DNA from: a virus
Direction: 5' to 3' (one strand)
Length of the DNA: 63,603 bases
Virus record (IMG/VR): IMGVR_UViG_3300035665_000029
Translations under genes and position numbers: made by a program
The notes under the pieces: generated by a model
What the model saw: the letters and a program-made list of their open reading frames with translations, nothing else
The model's database searches: none
Told to the model about the DNA's origin: nothing
In this document: in pieces, positions 38,271 through 47,948 of the stretch
How positions within the stretch are numbered: position 1 is the stretch's first letter
How the letters are laid out: every line of letters begins with the position of its first letter

Positions 38271-38687
38271 CTAATTTGAAAACCGCAATATCGCGCTGTC
38301 TGCAGTATTAGCTGGAAAAGTCACAACGAATGTTTGTGTCGATGATTTATCTGCACCGAAGTCCAGCACTGCAATAGACTTGTTACTTTTACTTGCATTA
38401 TAGATTAATGCTCCACGTGCTGTAATAGCCGCACTCCATGAAGGATCTGCAAAATCTACATAGGCTGTACCGCCTGATGACCCGATGCTTGGAGACATTA
38501 GTTGTTGACCGCCAGCTGTATATCCTGAAGCTACCACTTCACCTGTACTGGTATAGACAGTGGTTGCTTGGTTTAAGTCGGCGTCAGCTGTATACAGGGC
38601 GATGTAAATGTTATCCGTTAATAGGTTGTGTACTGCTTGTGGCAGCTCAACCTTAAAGCTTGTGGTTTGTGTCTGAACTAAGCTCAT
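38271..38687 (-). CDS. Structural-module protein (138 aa)
   Basis: Track ORF. Confidence 0.5.
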   Translation of the reverse strand: MSLVQTQTTSFKVELPQAVHNLLTDNIYIALYTADADLNQATTVYTSTGEVVASGYTAGGQQLMSPSIGSSGGTAYVDFADPSWSAAITARGALIYNASKSNKSIAVLDFGADKSSTQTFVVTFPANTADSAILRFSN

Positions 38688-38688
38688 A

Positions 38689-39342
38689 TTACATCACCTT
38701 CAGTTTAACTTGACCGTCACGATATGCATCACCCCGCTCTTTCCCGTCACCCAACATTTTCAGCAGAGCTAAAGCCTCTTGATATCTATTTTGGTATACA
38801 GCTATTAATTCAGGTTCACCTTTTAAGAAGTGATATGCTTCAACAATTGAACCCCACAATAAAGCGGAATCAAAGTTATCACCTAACCATGTCTGCCCTG
38901 CAGTAACAATAGACTCTGGATAATAGAAATACTGAAGCTCTAAACTGTACGCACTGTTAGGAGTCGGCCCTAGTATAAACCTAAGTTCTGCGTCATCAGC
39001 CACTTGACCTCCAAACAATGCATAGTATTTGGGTTGAGCCGTTGTAGCTGCGCTAGGGTATGCCTCACGGATGTAGCTTACATCTTTATCCAATAGGAAA
39101 TAATAATCACCTAGCGCATCAATAACAGCCAAAGAAAACGTAGATAAGTAGTCATTAGGGCAGTTTAGATACGGGCTACTTGAGGTTGCAGTCAGCGTAG
39201 CTGTTTTGCGCAATGCAGGTAACTGCACAGAATTGTAGATACGCTGTTCCGCTTGCTGAGTAAAATTCGCAAGTTGGTCTGCAGAAAAACTATTCTCAAC
39301 GTAGTCTTGAATGTTTGTACAAAGCTGGGTGTAGGTCATCAT
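38689..39342 (-). CDS. Structural-module protein (217 aa), adaptor/connector candidate
   Basis: Track ORF; assigned from position only. Confidence 0.4.
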   Translation of the reverse strand: MMTYTQLCTNIQDYVENSFSADQLANFTQQAEQRIYNSVQLPALRKTATLTATSSSPYLNCPNDYLSTFSLAVIDALGDYYFLLDKDVSYIREAYPSAATTAQPKYYALFGGQVADDAELRFILGPTPNSAYSLELQYFYYPESIVTAGQTWLGDNFDSALLWGSIVEAYHFLKGEPELIAVYQNRYQEALALLKMLGDGKERGDAYRDGQVKLKVM

Positions 39343-39354
39343 AGTGGTATAGTC

Positions 39355-39576
39355 CTATGCTAAAGGCCCTCTAGCCTTCACGCCTTTTGTTGCAGCGCCT
39401 GTGCCACGGATTTTAATGCCCTCAGTTTTTTCTGGTGCATAGTTATACTTACCCACGTTACCGGCAGAGATATTCAACTCAGAGATACCATTACCAGACT
39501 TAGTAACAACACCTTTCATATCGACTTCTTTGTAACGACCAGCATAAGCTGATGCAGGTTTGTTTTCTTTAGCCAT
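39355..39576 (-). CDS. Small basic Gly/Lys-rich protein (73 aa)
   Basis: Track ORF. Confidence 0.5.
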   Translation of the reverse strand: MAKENKPASAYAGRYKEVDMKGVVTKSGNGISELNISAGNVGKYNYAPEKTEGIKIRGTGAATKGVKARGPLA

Positions 39577-39770
39577 TATTTGCCACCTTGGTTTTTAGCT
39601 CGGGCCATATTGCGACCGAATTTACGGAGGTTTTGGTTAGTGACGGTTTTTGCTTTACCACCTTTAGCAACGTCGCCGTCGATGCCTTTTTTAGCACCGT
39701 CGTCACCTAAGTTTTTACCTTTGGTTTTGCCTGATTTAGTAATACCGTCTGCTGCTGATTTGTATGCCAT
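39576..39770 (-). CDS. Small basic Lys/Gly-rich protein (64 aa)
   Basis: Track ORF; the antisense ORF 39580..39783 is treated as a shadow. Confidence 0.5.
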   Translation of the reverse strand: MAYKSAADGITKSGKTKGKNLGDDGAKKGIDGDVAKGGKAKTVTNQNLRKFGRNMARAKNQGGK

Positions 39771-39779
39771 GTTGTACTC

Positions 39780-40169
39780 CTAAGATACTGTGATTGTAAC
39801 TGTGCCGACAGAAGTTGTCGCCACTAAATAATTCGGTGTTAGCCCTGCATCACTTGCTCGTGATCCACCGGTTGGGTTCCAGCCCCACTGAAACACTCGA
39901 CTACCTTCACCTTGATACCCATCAACCCCTAATCCTGATGTTTGATAACTGTTGTCTGGGCGAGGTTCTCGTAAAGCCCAAGCGTCTTGTACAGGATACA
40001 TCCCTAATTGTAACTGGGGATGATCTGGGTTCCAACATTCGGGACAAGCTTTAATGCTAACTTGTTTGGTCTTAATTGTTAGTTTACGTAACTCTGCAAG
40101 CTTATACCGCTGATTGCATATATCACAAAAACCAAAAGCCCATTTACCAACTGCAAATTTAGTAGCCAT
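39780..40169 (-). CDS. Structural-module protein (129 aa) with Cys4 pattern
   Basis: CDIC...CPEC motifs. Confidence 0.5.
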   Translation of the reverse strand: MATKFAVGKWAFGFCDICNQRYKLAELRKLTIKTKQVSIKACPECWNPDHPQLQLGMYPVQDAWALREPRPDNSYQTSGLGVDGYQGEGSRVFQWGWNPTGGSRASDAGLTPNYLVATTSVGTVTITVS

Positions 40170-40907
40170 TTAACGTCCGTAAAACAAAACTCTAGGAACA
40201 AAACGATCACTAGCCTTTTCACGGTCCTCGTCGGCTGCCAATTGGAACTGTTGTTCATAATCAGCTTTAAGCATAGCTATGCGATTTGGGTCTACGTTAG
40301 GTAGTTTAGCCGATAAATAATATGCCAGACCTGCAACCATCGCGTTTAAAAAGCGAAACGGAATATCTTGTGTATCGTCACCATTACCCGCATCCTGAAT
40401 GCGGCGTAGTCTCCAGTACACAAAGTAATAGTATGGAGTAGCTACAGAACCTTGATCGGGTGTAGGCCACACATTAATCTGTGGATTTGCAACACCGGTA
40501 ACCGGATAAGTTGCACCGGACTGTCTATTAACCCACACTTGAATCGGTCTACCTGTAGCGTTCTTATTAGGGATAGTCGCATAGGTAGAGGATGAAATTC
40601 GGTTAATGTTGATGTCAGTTTGCTGTTGCCCTGAACCTGTACGTACAACTTGGTCTAATAAATCAATGGTGTCTACAGGCAGATCATAAGCAATCTGGTT
40701 AGGGTAAAGTGGAATAACACCTTCTTCGATTGTCCAAAGATTAATACCCCGATTCGCCCATTCGATTGTCATCAAGTTCAACGAGCGTCTAGCTGTACGT
40801 AAATCATAACCCGTGCGAAGTTCTTGCCCACAGCGTTCAAAAGCATCTTCGACAATGTCTGTGATTGATAGGTTAAAACTGCTGGTTCCTGATGTTGTCA
40901 TGCCCAA
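40170..40907 (-). CDS. Structural-module protein (245 aa), head-tail adaptor candidate
   Basis: Track ORF; assigned from position only. Confidence 0.4.
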   Translation of the reverse strand: MGMTTSGTSSFNLSITDIVEDAFERCGQELRTGYDLRTARRSLNLMTIEWANRGINLWTIEEGVIPLYPNQIAYDLPVDTIDLLDQVVRTGSGQQQTDININRISSSTYATIPNKNATGRPIQVWVNRQSGATYPVTGVANPQINVWPTPDQGSVATPYYYFVYWRLRRIQDAGNGDDTQDIPFRFLNAMVAGLAYYLSAKLPNVDPNRIAMLKADYEQQFQLAADEDREKASDRFVPRVLFYGR

Positions 40908-41152
40908 ACCCTTGAAGGTGTTTTTGGTTCGATTTTGTAAGTATCTAAAACAGGGATTTCTTCACCTGCTCTGACATTCACATGATAACCGTCTATTGCT
41001 GCAAACGCTGGATATTCGTTGCCATCTTCATCTTTCAGCATTTTACCCGTCGGCTTATGGATTGTTCCGATCACGTCAACCGATGCATTGATGTCGGTTA
41101 ATACTTTGTCAGCTTCAGCTTGGTCTTTAAACTTTAAGCAGTAATCAATCAT
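40898..41152 (-). CDS. Hypothetical protein (84 aa)
   Basis: Track ORF with overlapping junctions. Confidence 0.5.
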   Translation of the reverse strand: MIDYCLKFKDQAEADKVLTDINASVDVIGTIHKPTGKMLKDEDGNEYPAFAAIDGYHVNVRAGEEIPVLDTYKIEPKTPSRVWA

Positions 41153-44148
41153 GCTGTTAACCCTTGTAATGTGCCGTTAGGTAAACGTGTTGGGTAGTAT
41201 TTGATGGATTGGATGTGACCGTTTAGTTGATTGCTAGGATTTCTAAACCCAATGTTTAGCCTGTCAACCGTAGGTACATTACAGCTAGTATCTGTAGTTT
41301 TAGTAGAACCGTTAAAAGCAAATACAGTATCGTTTTGTTTATAAGCAACTGCCGATTTATTAAACCCATCTGCCCATACCCCGAACATATAGTTTAATTG
41401 TTGAGTTCCTGAAACTTTCATTTCAGTCGTCACGTGTACATTGCCACTGTTTCCGTAAATTGCTATTTCGTTAGAAGAATTTGTACCATCGCTGAGATTA
41501 GCTATGTACGGATACCCTACAAAATTACCTGTATAAATTCTATCAGCACTAGCATAAATAGTCCCTTCACTCTGGTTATACCAACTGCTAAAGTTACTAC
41601 CCACCATTGAAGCATTATCTGCCGCACGAGTTACGGTAGCTGAGGTTGTTGGGATGTATGAAGTTGGGAAAGCGCCTGCTTCTAGTTGAGCGCCCCAGAT
41701 ATATAGCCCTGAAGTGCCATCGCCTGTATATGATGGCAAACGAGAGTTTGTGTTAGCGTTTAATAAGGATACAGCGATTGTACCACTTGCTGTTATTGTT
41801 GCACTTGCTGTAATAGAACACCGATACCATCCATTACCAGCGTTTGTGATAGTTGCTATAGCAGAAGAACCAACAAAACCAACAGTACCGTCTGCTAAAT
41901 TAAAGTTACCCCAAACATTTGAGCCAAAAGTAGAAAATGAGCCACATACTTGTATGAATGTTCTTTCTTTCGCTTTAGCATAAATAGATAAGGTATATGC
42001 AACACCAGAGGTCAAAGAAGTATTTGTAGCTACTATATAATGTACAGCGGTTGAGGCTGACTCTACAATAGTGTCTGCACCTTGTGTACCATCAGGGCTT
42101 ACAGTTGTATTAGCTGTTACTGTTATACCATCCTTAAACCAAACAGCATTATCACACTCACTACTATAAGTCAGTAAATTAGTCCGCTGTTCTTCAATCA
42201 ACAAACCTTTTGGCGCTAATGTAGCAGGGTCGTAGTCGAATCTTGGGCCATAGTAAGCAGTAGAAGTTGGTGCTGCTACTGGATTATAGCTGTAAGGGTC
42301 TAATGAAGCTGAGTCTGATAACTGAGCGCCAAAGATGTAGATACCGGATGTACCATCGCCTGTGTATGATGACGGTGTACTTGAACTATTGGCTGATAGT
42401 CTTATTTGCGCTCCAGTAGAAGCTGCTGTTAATACTGATATGGTAAAACTACATCTAAACCAACCATTACCAATAGGTACTATTGTAGAAGTCCCTGCAT
42501 TGGGGGTGCCTGCTACGCCATTAGTTAAATCAAACCCAGCCACTAAGTTGGCTCCACCGGAACCTACACCAGTTAATATCAACTGTAGGAAAGTGCGTTC
42601 AGCAGCTTTAGTATAGACACTATAGGTCAACACCTGACCAACTGTAAACGATGGAGACGGTAACGGTTGAATATAATGCCCTACAGAAGCTGTAGTATTC
42701 TCAACCAACTTCTGACCACCATCAAACCCGAAAGGTCCTATAGCTTGTATCGGTGCTGAAGCTGATGTTGTAGCTGTGTATTCTTCCGGTGAAGTGCTTT
42801 GAACTAATTGTGCGCCCCATATATAAAGTTCATCACCAGCGGCTGATGCACTGCCAGAAGTTTGAGCTGCTACAATCCCATATGTAATAGAGGTTAATGC
42901 TGACAATACAGTAAATGTAACTGATATTCGATACCATCCATTACCTACTGATGTAATACTTGGCAGTAACGAACCAAAATCAACTGTAGGTACATTAGTT
43001 GCCGAAACAGTACCTGTAATAATATTAAAGTAAGAACTGAACGCTGTGCTGCCACCCCCAACAGCAGAAACCCGCAATCTACAAAATGAAGTATTGCTTG
43101 ACTTAACATAAGTAGATATTGTGTAAGTAGTAGTCGCGCTTGTTATAGTTTGCGATGGGGTTCCAGAAGCACCTGAATAAACCACTGTATCAGCTGTAGT
43201 TGTACCATCTGGTGCAGTAATTGTGTTGGCGCTTACAGTAGCATTAGTTTTTGCCCAAGCCGCATTATCAAACTCACTACTATAAGTCAGTAAATTATAA
43301 AGAACACTACTATTACTCTTAGTCCAAGCCGCATTTTCAAAGCTCTGGCTGTAACCGAGTAGGTTTTTAACAGTTGTAGTGTAGTAAGGCTGTAATGCAC
43401 CTTCGTTTAGTTGTGCGCCCCAGATGTATCCATATTCTGAACCAATCGCTGATGGTATCGCCCATCCAGATGGCGTAAACTGTACTCCAGTTGTATCTGA
43501 ACCAGCTAGCATATTTGCTGATGCCCATACTCTCCACCAACCATTACCTATATATTCCATTCCAGCAGTTCCGCCAGATACACTTCCAATATTTGATAAT
43601 GTATATGTTCCAGCATTTAAATCATATAATACTCTTAAATTACTACCAGGTGATAACCTAGAATACATTGTAATCAACGCAATTGGCTGTGAGCCTTGTT
43701 TAAAATAACAAGAAGCGCAATAAACAGTATTGTCAGCAGTAAATGCTCCAATTTTTCTTATATAAGTACCATTAGTAGTAGTATCTGTATTAGTCTGGGT
43801 ATCTGCTGTTAAAGTGCCGTCTGGAGCTATTAAAGTATTAGCATTTACAGTTGAGCCACTTCGCTTTGTCCAAGCCGCATTATCAAACTGTTCAGAATAA
43901 GTCAGTAAGTTGTGTGGGGCATACTGAATCAAACCATCAGAACCGACAACCGTGGCATTGCTGGTGCGGCTGAAAGTAATTCTTGGATCTAAAGACGTTG
44001 CGGTTTGGAAGTTCAAGCTTAAGGTAGTCGCACCGCTCCCATCCACCACAACCTCAAAGTCACCAACGCTACCTGTAGCATTAACATGCGAGGCTGTGCC
44101 GGGATATGTATTTGCGTAATCTACAACGCTTGCGCTTCCAACACCCAT
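41149..44148 (-). CDS. Tail fibre/spike with repeated lectin-like modules (999 aa)
   Basis: Module signature LL(T/G)YS..F(D/E)NAAW.K...V.ANT..APDGT..AD...Y(I/F)(W/F)GAQL recurs at least four times. Confidence 0.65.
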   Translation of the reverse strand: MGVGSASVVDYANTYPGTASHVNATGSVGDFEVVVDGSGATTLSLNFQTATSLDPRITFSRTSNATVVGSDGLIQYAPHNLLTYSEQFDNAAWTKRSGSTVNANTLIAPDGTLTADTQTNTDTTTNGTYIRKIGAFTADNTVYCASCYFKQGSQPIALITMYSRLSPGSNLRVLYDLNAGTYTLSNIGSVSGGTAGMEYIGNGWWRVWASANMLAGSDTTGVQFTPSGWAIPSAIGSEYGYIWGAQLNEGALQPYYTTTVKNLLGYSQSFENAAWTKSNSSVLYNLLTYSSEFDNAAWAKTNATVSANTITAPDGTTTADTVVYSGASGTPSQTITSATTTYTISTYVKSSNTSFCRLRVSAVGGGSTAFSSYFNIITGTVSATNVPTVDFGSLLPSITSVGNGWYRISVTFTVLSALTSITYGIVAAQTSGSASAAGDELYIWGAQLVQSTSPEEYTATTSASAPIQAIGPFGFDGGQKLVENTTASVGHYIQPLPSPSFTVGQVLTYSVYTKAAERTFLQLILTGVGSGGANLVAGFDLTNGVAGTPNAGTSTIVPIGNGWFRCSFTISVLTAASTGAQIRLSANSSSTPSSYTGDGTSGIYIFGAQLSDSASLDPYSYNPVAAPTSTAYYGPRFDYDPATLAPKGLLIEEQRTNLLTYSSECDNAVWFKDGITVTANTTVSPDGTQGADTIVESASTAVHYIVATNTSLTSGVAYTLSIYAKAKERTFIQVCGSFSTFGSNVWGNFNLADGTVGFVGSSAIATITNAGNGWYRCSITASATITASGTIAVSLLNANTNSRLPSYTGDGTSGLYIWGAQLEAGAFPTSYIPTTSATVTRAADNASMVGSNFSSWYNQSEGTIYASADRIYTGNFVGYPYIANLSDGTNSSNEIAIYGNSGNVHVTTEMKVSGTQQLNYMFGVWADGFNKSAVAYKQNDTVFAFNGSTKTTDTSCNVPTVDRLNIGFRNPSNQLNGHIQSIKYYPTRLPNGTLQGLTA

Positions 44149-44149
44149 A

Positions 44150-44446
44150 TTAACCGCCTACCTGACCTGCTTGAATAGCAGTCAATGTAGCAGTACCGCT
44201 ACCTGACAAGTTCGCTAACCGGATCTGTAAAACCGGAAACGCATAGTTACCATCTTGGTTAGTGGTCTGTGAAATTACAGTCGGGTGATTAAACCAGTTA
44301 GTCCCATCAAACGTATGCTGAATAGAATAGGTAATAGTGCCAGAGACAACCACACCAAAACCCACGTTAAATGGGGAGATGTAGTAGTCCATTGGAATAC
44401 CTGCACTGTTTGCTACACCGGTAACAGATTGTGTAATCGGTCTCAT
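44150..44446 (-). CDS. Structural-module protein (98 aa)
   Basis: Track ORF. Confidence 0.5.
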   Translation of the reverse strand: MRPITQSVTGVANSAGIPMDYYISPFNVGFGVVVSGTITYSIQHTFDGTNWFNHPTVISQTTNQDGNYAFPVLQIRLANLSGSGTATLTAIQAGQVGG

Positions 44447-44577
44447 TTAGTTTTCCTTTTAACTTTTCCGCCTTTCTTGTACATCTCTACGTCTTGCGGA
44501 TTGTCTTTACGTTTGATGGTTTTCTTGCCGGGCATTTTACTAGGGTTTATATCGCCCATACCCCGCGATTCCATCAT
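44443..44577 (-). CDS. Small Lys-rich basic peptide (44 aa)
   Basis: Hand translation; ATGA overlaps at both ends. Confidence 0.4.
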   Translation of the reverse strand: MMESRGMGDINPSKMPGKKTIKRKDNPQDVEMYKKGGKVKRKTK

Positions 44578-45053
44578 ACAAATTTGCCTTTAGTGTGACC
44601 TTTAGTCACGCAACCGTCGGCACGAGTCACACCGCCTTTAGCCATTTTAGTGCAACCACCTGTAGCTTTCTTAACTGCTCTAGCTTGGTTTGCCATTTCG
44701 CGTTGAATATCGGCGTTTCTAAGCTCATCACTTTTAACAGCACCGCCACCAGCGTAACATTTACCACCTTTCTTCATTTTCTTTTCCATCGCTTCGCCTT
44801 TCGCATATTGTTCAGGTGTGATTTTGCCGGACTTAATTGCTTTGCCTTCTTTCAGCTCTTCTTTATAAGTCTCTTTGCCTTTGAATAGTTTCTTTAAGTT
44901 AGCCACGTTGCCACCTCTATTAAATTTTTTGCCTTTATCGGCTTGATTAAACTCTTTAGCTACACTGACCGGTATACCTGCTTTCTTAGCGAACTCAGGG
45001 TTGTGAGCGGCGGCAGCCATAAAATTGCGCTGTTTCTTGCTAGTACTAGGCAC
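44574..45053 (-). CDS. Lys-rich basic protein (159 aa), DUF3008-like N-terminus
   Basis: MPSTSKKQRNFMAAAAHNPEFAKKAGIP motif. Confidence 0.5.
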   Translation of the reverse strand: MPSTSKKQRNFMAAAAHNPEFAKKAGIPVSVAKEFNQADKGKKFNRGGNVANLKKLFKGKETYKEELKEGKAIKSGKITPEQYAKGEAMEKKMKKGGKCYAGGGAVKSDELRNADIQREMANQARAVKKATGGCTKMAKGGVTRADGCVTKGHTKGKFV

Positions 45054-45054
45054 T

Positions 45055-45294
45055 TTACTTACCTATATGTTGGAGTAACCAGCTAATAGCACCACCAACA
45101 GTCGCAGCAGCACCACCAACCATAAGAAGTGTTTTCCACCCGCCTTTGGCTTCAGATAACGTTGCTTGTATGAGGGCTAAACTCTTTTTGATCTCAGCCA
45201 TCTCTTTGACCATCTTGTCCATGTCATCCTGCAAGTGCTTAATCTCTACATCGTGTACAGCTAAGTCTTTAATCATTTCAACAGAATCGTTCAT
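45055..45294 (-). CDS. Small protein with C-terminal transmembrane segment
   Basis: ATG at 45294 with RBS GGTGGA and ATGA overlap; LLMVGGAATVGGAISWLL segment. Confidence 0.5.
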   Translation of the reverse strand: MNDSVEMIKDLAVHDVEIKHLQDDMDKMVKEMAEIKKSLALIQATLSEAKGGWKTLLMVGGAAATVGGAISWLLQHIGK

Positions 45295-45560
45295 TTGCAG
45301 TTCCACCGTTTTAGTGAGGCTGCTTTACGGGTCGGTCTACCTTTCTCATCCTTCATAGGACCCGGCATCCCTGACATACGCGCACAAAACGATTTACGAC
45401 GCTTAGCATCTTTCTCTGACTTTGGGTGGGGTGCAGGGGCTTTTAGGTTTGATCCTGTGGCCCTATTGTACTTAGCGCGCCCCTTTGCAGTTAATCCTGC
45501 ACCTTTAGACACAGGTAACTTTTCACCACGTCCTACAGCCAATGAAGTAGTCTTAGCCAT
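45291..45560 (-). CDS. Small basic protein (89 aa)
   Basis: RBS GGAG 7 nt before ATG 45560; K/R-rich. Confidence 0.5.
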   Translation of the reverse strand: MAKTTSLAVGRGEKLPVSKGAGLTAKGRAKYNRATGSNLKAPAPHPKSEKDAKRRKSFCARMSGMPGPMKDEKGRPTRKAASLKRWNCK

Positions 45561-45577
45561 AATCAATCTCCTCAGTT

Positions 45578-45604
45578 AAAAGATGGGGAGCCGAAACTCC
45601 CCAG
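45578..45604 (-). terminator. Hairpin (ggggag-6 nt-ctcccc) downstream of the 45610..46083 gene
   Basis: The minus-strand stem is followed by atctttt. Confidence 0.45.
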
Positions 45605-45609
45605 ATCAA

Positions 45610-46083
45610 TTACGCTTGCTGTGCTGTTGGGTTAGCAGAACCGTCAGAATTACGTACCATGTACTTAATCACGATTACACCTGCACCTGTTGTCAATGAT
45701 GTACCCGCAACAGTAAAAGTAACAATAGCATCTGTACTACCCACGTTAGCAATCAAAGCTGTAGCAGCTGTAGTTGCTGCAACAGTCAAAGCTGTTGCAC
45801 CTAAGTTAGTTACAGTAGTTGCTGTAGTGATGTCGGTAGCACCGATGGTCAATTTGAGTGTAGCCGCTGATGAGAATGCTGCAGTGGTGATAAAGTCAAT
45901 CTCTGTGATGACTGAACCGGCAGGAAGAACGAAAGCTCTTGTACCTGCTGCATCAGCATAGGTGATAGCGTCTGTTTGACCTACAACAGTAGCGCCCATG
46001 TTACGGATTGTGCCGGCAGTTGTGCCGGTGGTGTTTTTAACGGTACCTAATAACCAAGGACCAACGTGAGAAGCGAAAGCCAT
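45610..46083 (-). CDS. Ala/Thr-rich structural protein (157 aa), possibly decoration or tail component
   Basis: RBS GGAG before ATG 46083; flanked by hairpins, which suggests high expression. Confidence 0.5.
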   Translation of the reverse strand: MAFASHVGPWLLGTVKNTTGTTAGTIRNMGATVVGQTDAITYADAAGTRAFVLPAGSVITEIDFITTAAFSSAATLKLTIGATDITTATTVTNLGATALTVAATTAATALIANVGSTDAIVTFTVAGTSLTTGAGVIVIKYMVRNSDGSANPTAQQA

Positions 46084-46204
46084 TTTAATCTCCAAATGCA
46101 CTGTTCCGCGTCGTCTTGTGCGAGCCTGCTAGGTCAGTCGACGCAGAGAATTAATCCTAGACTCGACTCGCATATTACCTGAATGGTTGGGAAGTGCAAG
46201 AGGT

Positions 46205-46912
46205 TTATTCGTATGAAATACTACACCCAATAAATTTCCCTTTTTTAAAAGGTTTACTAGATTTCAAAGCCCTATTAACGGTAGTTGGTGTAACTCCTAA
46301 AGTTTCTCTAAGCTTTAATATGCTGTCATACCTAGTAGGTATACCGTTTGCGTCTGTAAAAATAACAACTTTACTGACTTTACCCCCGTGATCAGGTCTT
46401 TTCTTACCATACCAAAAGTTACCCTCTCCCGATAGTGTTTTACTTATTTTATCTCGCGTACTCCGCAACACTTGGTGTCCTTGCATTGTTTTTACGCGTT
46501 TCACTTTTGTTTCCTTTGATTGTTTTCGTCCTTTTCCTGCTTCACTTATTTTCTGTTTAGTTTCTTCTGTATGCTTATACCCCCAAGTAGGGCTTAATTC
46601 CCCATACATACCTAGCATTGGTGCTGTAGCGTCAACTCCTATGTTATAGCAATAGTTCTTACCAACATGTTGTTTTAACCATATATTTTCTGCAGCTAAT
46701 GTGTCTTCATCACCTTTTAATTCTTGGACCACTGCAAATATAAAAGAACTTTCTCCGTATTTATCCCAAGCTGCCTGTAGGCGGCGGTTATTGTGTTTTC
46801 CTTTACGTAGTTCGGAAAAATGTTTACTTTTTCTTCGTCCTAAGTTTACTGCACTACCCACATAAAATTTATTATTGACTATATTAATTATTTTATAGAT
46901 ACCCCTAGCCAT
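46205..46912 (-). CDS. GIY-YIG homing endonuclease (free-standing, Seg/I-TevI-like)
   Basis: GIYKIINIVNNKFYVGSAVNLGRRKSKH; NUMOD3-like repeats HTEETKQKISEAGKGRKQSKETK; C-terminal HTH-like tail. Confidence 0.85.
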   Translation of the reverse strand: MARGIYKIINIVNNKFYVGSAVNLGRRKSKHFSELRKGKHNNRRLQAAWDKYGESSFIFAVVQELKGDEDTLAAENIWLKQHVGKNYCYNIGVDATAPMLGMYGELSPTWGYKHTEETKQKISEAGKGRKQSKETKVKRVKTMQGHQVLRSTRDKISKTLSGEGNFWYGKKRPDHGGKVSKVVIFTDANGIPTRYDSILKLRETLGVTPTTVNRALKSSKPFKKGKFIGCSISYE

Positions 46913-46973
46913 TTCTACTCCTAGTTATGTTTTGTAAGTATATTACACCATCTTAACAAATAACACAACTAGT

Positions 46974-47000
46974 CATAAAAAAGCCCTCCGAAGAGGGCTT
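46974..47000 (-). terminator. Rho-independent terminator after the capsid gene
   Basis: Minus strand reads aagccctc-ttcg-gagggctt followed by tttttat. Confidence 0.75.
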
Positions 47001-47025
47001 ATAACACCTAAGTGTTTGATTTTAC

Positions 47026-47934
47026 TTAAGAACCGGTTGAGCCGTAAATCGAAAGCGGATCGGAATAGCCAAATGAATATCTTTCTCTCGCTTTATAACG
47101 TACGTTGCCCGTATCAAAATCCCCGTCCATTGAGTTAGTTAATGGACTACGAACGAAATGTTTCAACCCGTTTGGCACGTCCGTGGTTAAGAACCAAGCG
47201 TTGGTGTCAGTCAAGAAGTGGTTGATAGCATAGCCTTCAGGAACAGCACCATTGTTTTTCAACGCGTTGATGTCATTGTCGGTTGTACCAACACGAAGTT
47301 CAGTTTCCAACAAACGAGTTGCAACGAATTGCAATGCTGGTGGAACGATCAACTTCTTAGGTTTAGCAGCAATCAATAAACCACGTTCGTCAGTCCATGC
47401 AGCGATTTGGATCACAGCATTTTCCAATGAAGTTTCGTTTAAGTCAGCGGCGGTAGATGGGATGTTGCTGTTTGTGCCACCATTCACCAATGGGTGAGCA
47501 GCACTGAACAAAGATACACCGTCACCACCAGTAACAGCTGCGCTGAAACCGTTGTTTAAAACGTTAGCTGCTTTAACCTGTTTGGTGTAAGCCATAGCAC
47601 GAGCCAATGCTTTTGTATAACGAGCAGACAAAGAGTCATACAAGTTATCTTCGATAGCTTCTTCAGTTAAGCTGAAGCCCAAAGCAATTGTTTCGTGGTT
47701 GTATCGTGCAGTCCAAGCTTCTTGAGCATTGTCATATTGAAGAGCTGAGCCTTCATTTTTGACAGGAGCTGCTGAGAAACCAGACAGTTTTGTTTCTTCT
47801 TCAAAAGAACGTTCAGAAGTCTCTGTTTCGTAGATTTCTTTATGTTCTTCACCGTAACGAGCGTATTCCAAACCGAACAAAGCGTTCAGACCCGGTAACA
47901 ACTCTTTTAATAGCTGGGCGCGTGAAATTGCCAT
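47026..47934 (-). CDS. Major capsid protein (HK97-fold, Mu gpT-like pattern)
   Basis: Position after the scaffold gene, a strong terminator downstream, and the ...GFSLTEEAIEDNLY... pattern. Confidence 0.6.
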   Translation of the reverse strand: MAISRAQLLKELLPGLNALFGLEYARYGEEHKEIYETETSERSFEEETKLSGFSAAPVKNEGSALQYDNAQEAWTARYNHETIALGFSLTEEAIEDNLYDSLSARYTKALARAMAYTKQVKAANVLNNGFSAAVTGGDGVSLFSAAHPLVNGGTNSNIPSTAADLNETSLENAVIQIAAWTDERGLLIAAKPKKLIVPPALQFVATRLLETELRVGTTDNDINALKNNGAVPEGYAINHFLTDTNAWFLTTDVPNGLKHFVRSPLTNSMDGDFDTGNVRYKARERYSFGYSDPLSIYGSTGS

Positions 47935-47948
47935 TAATCAACTCCTAA

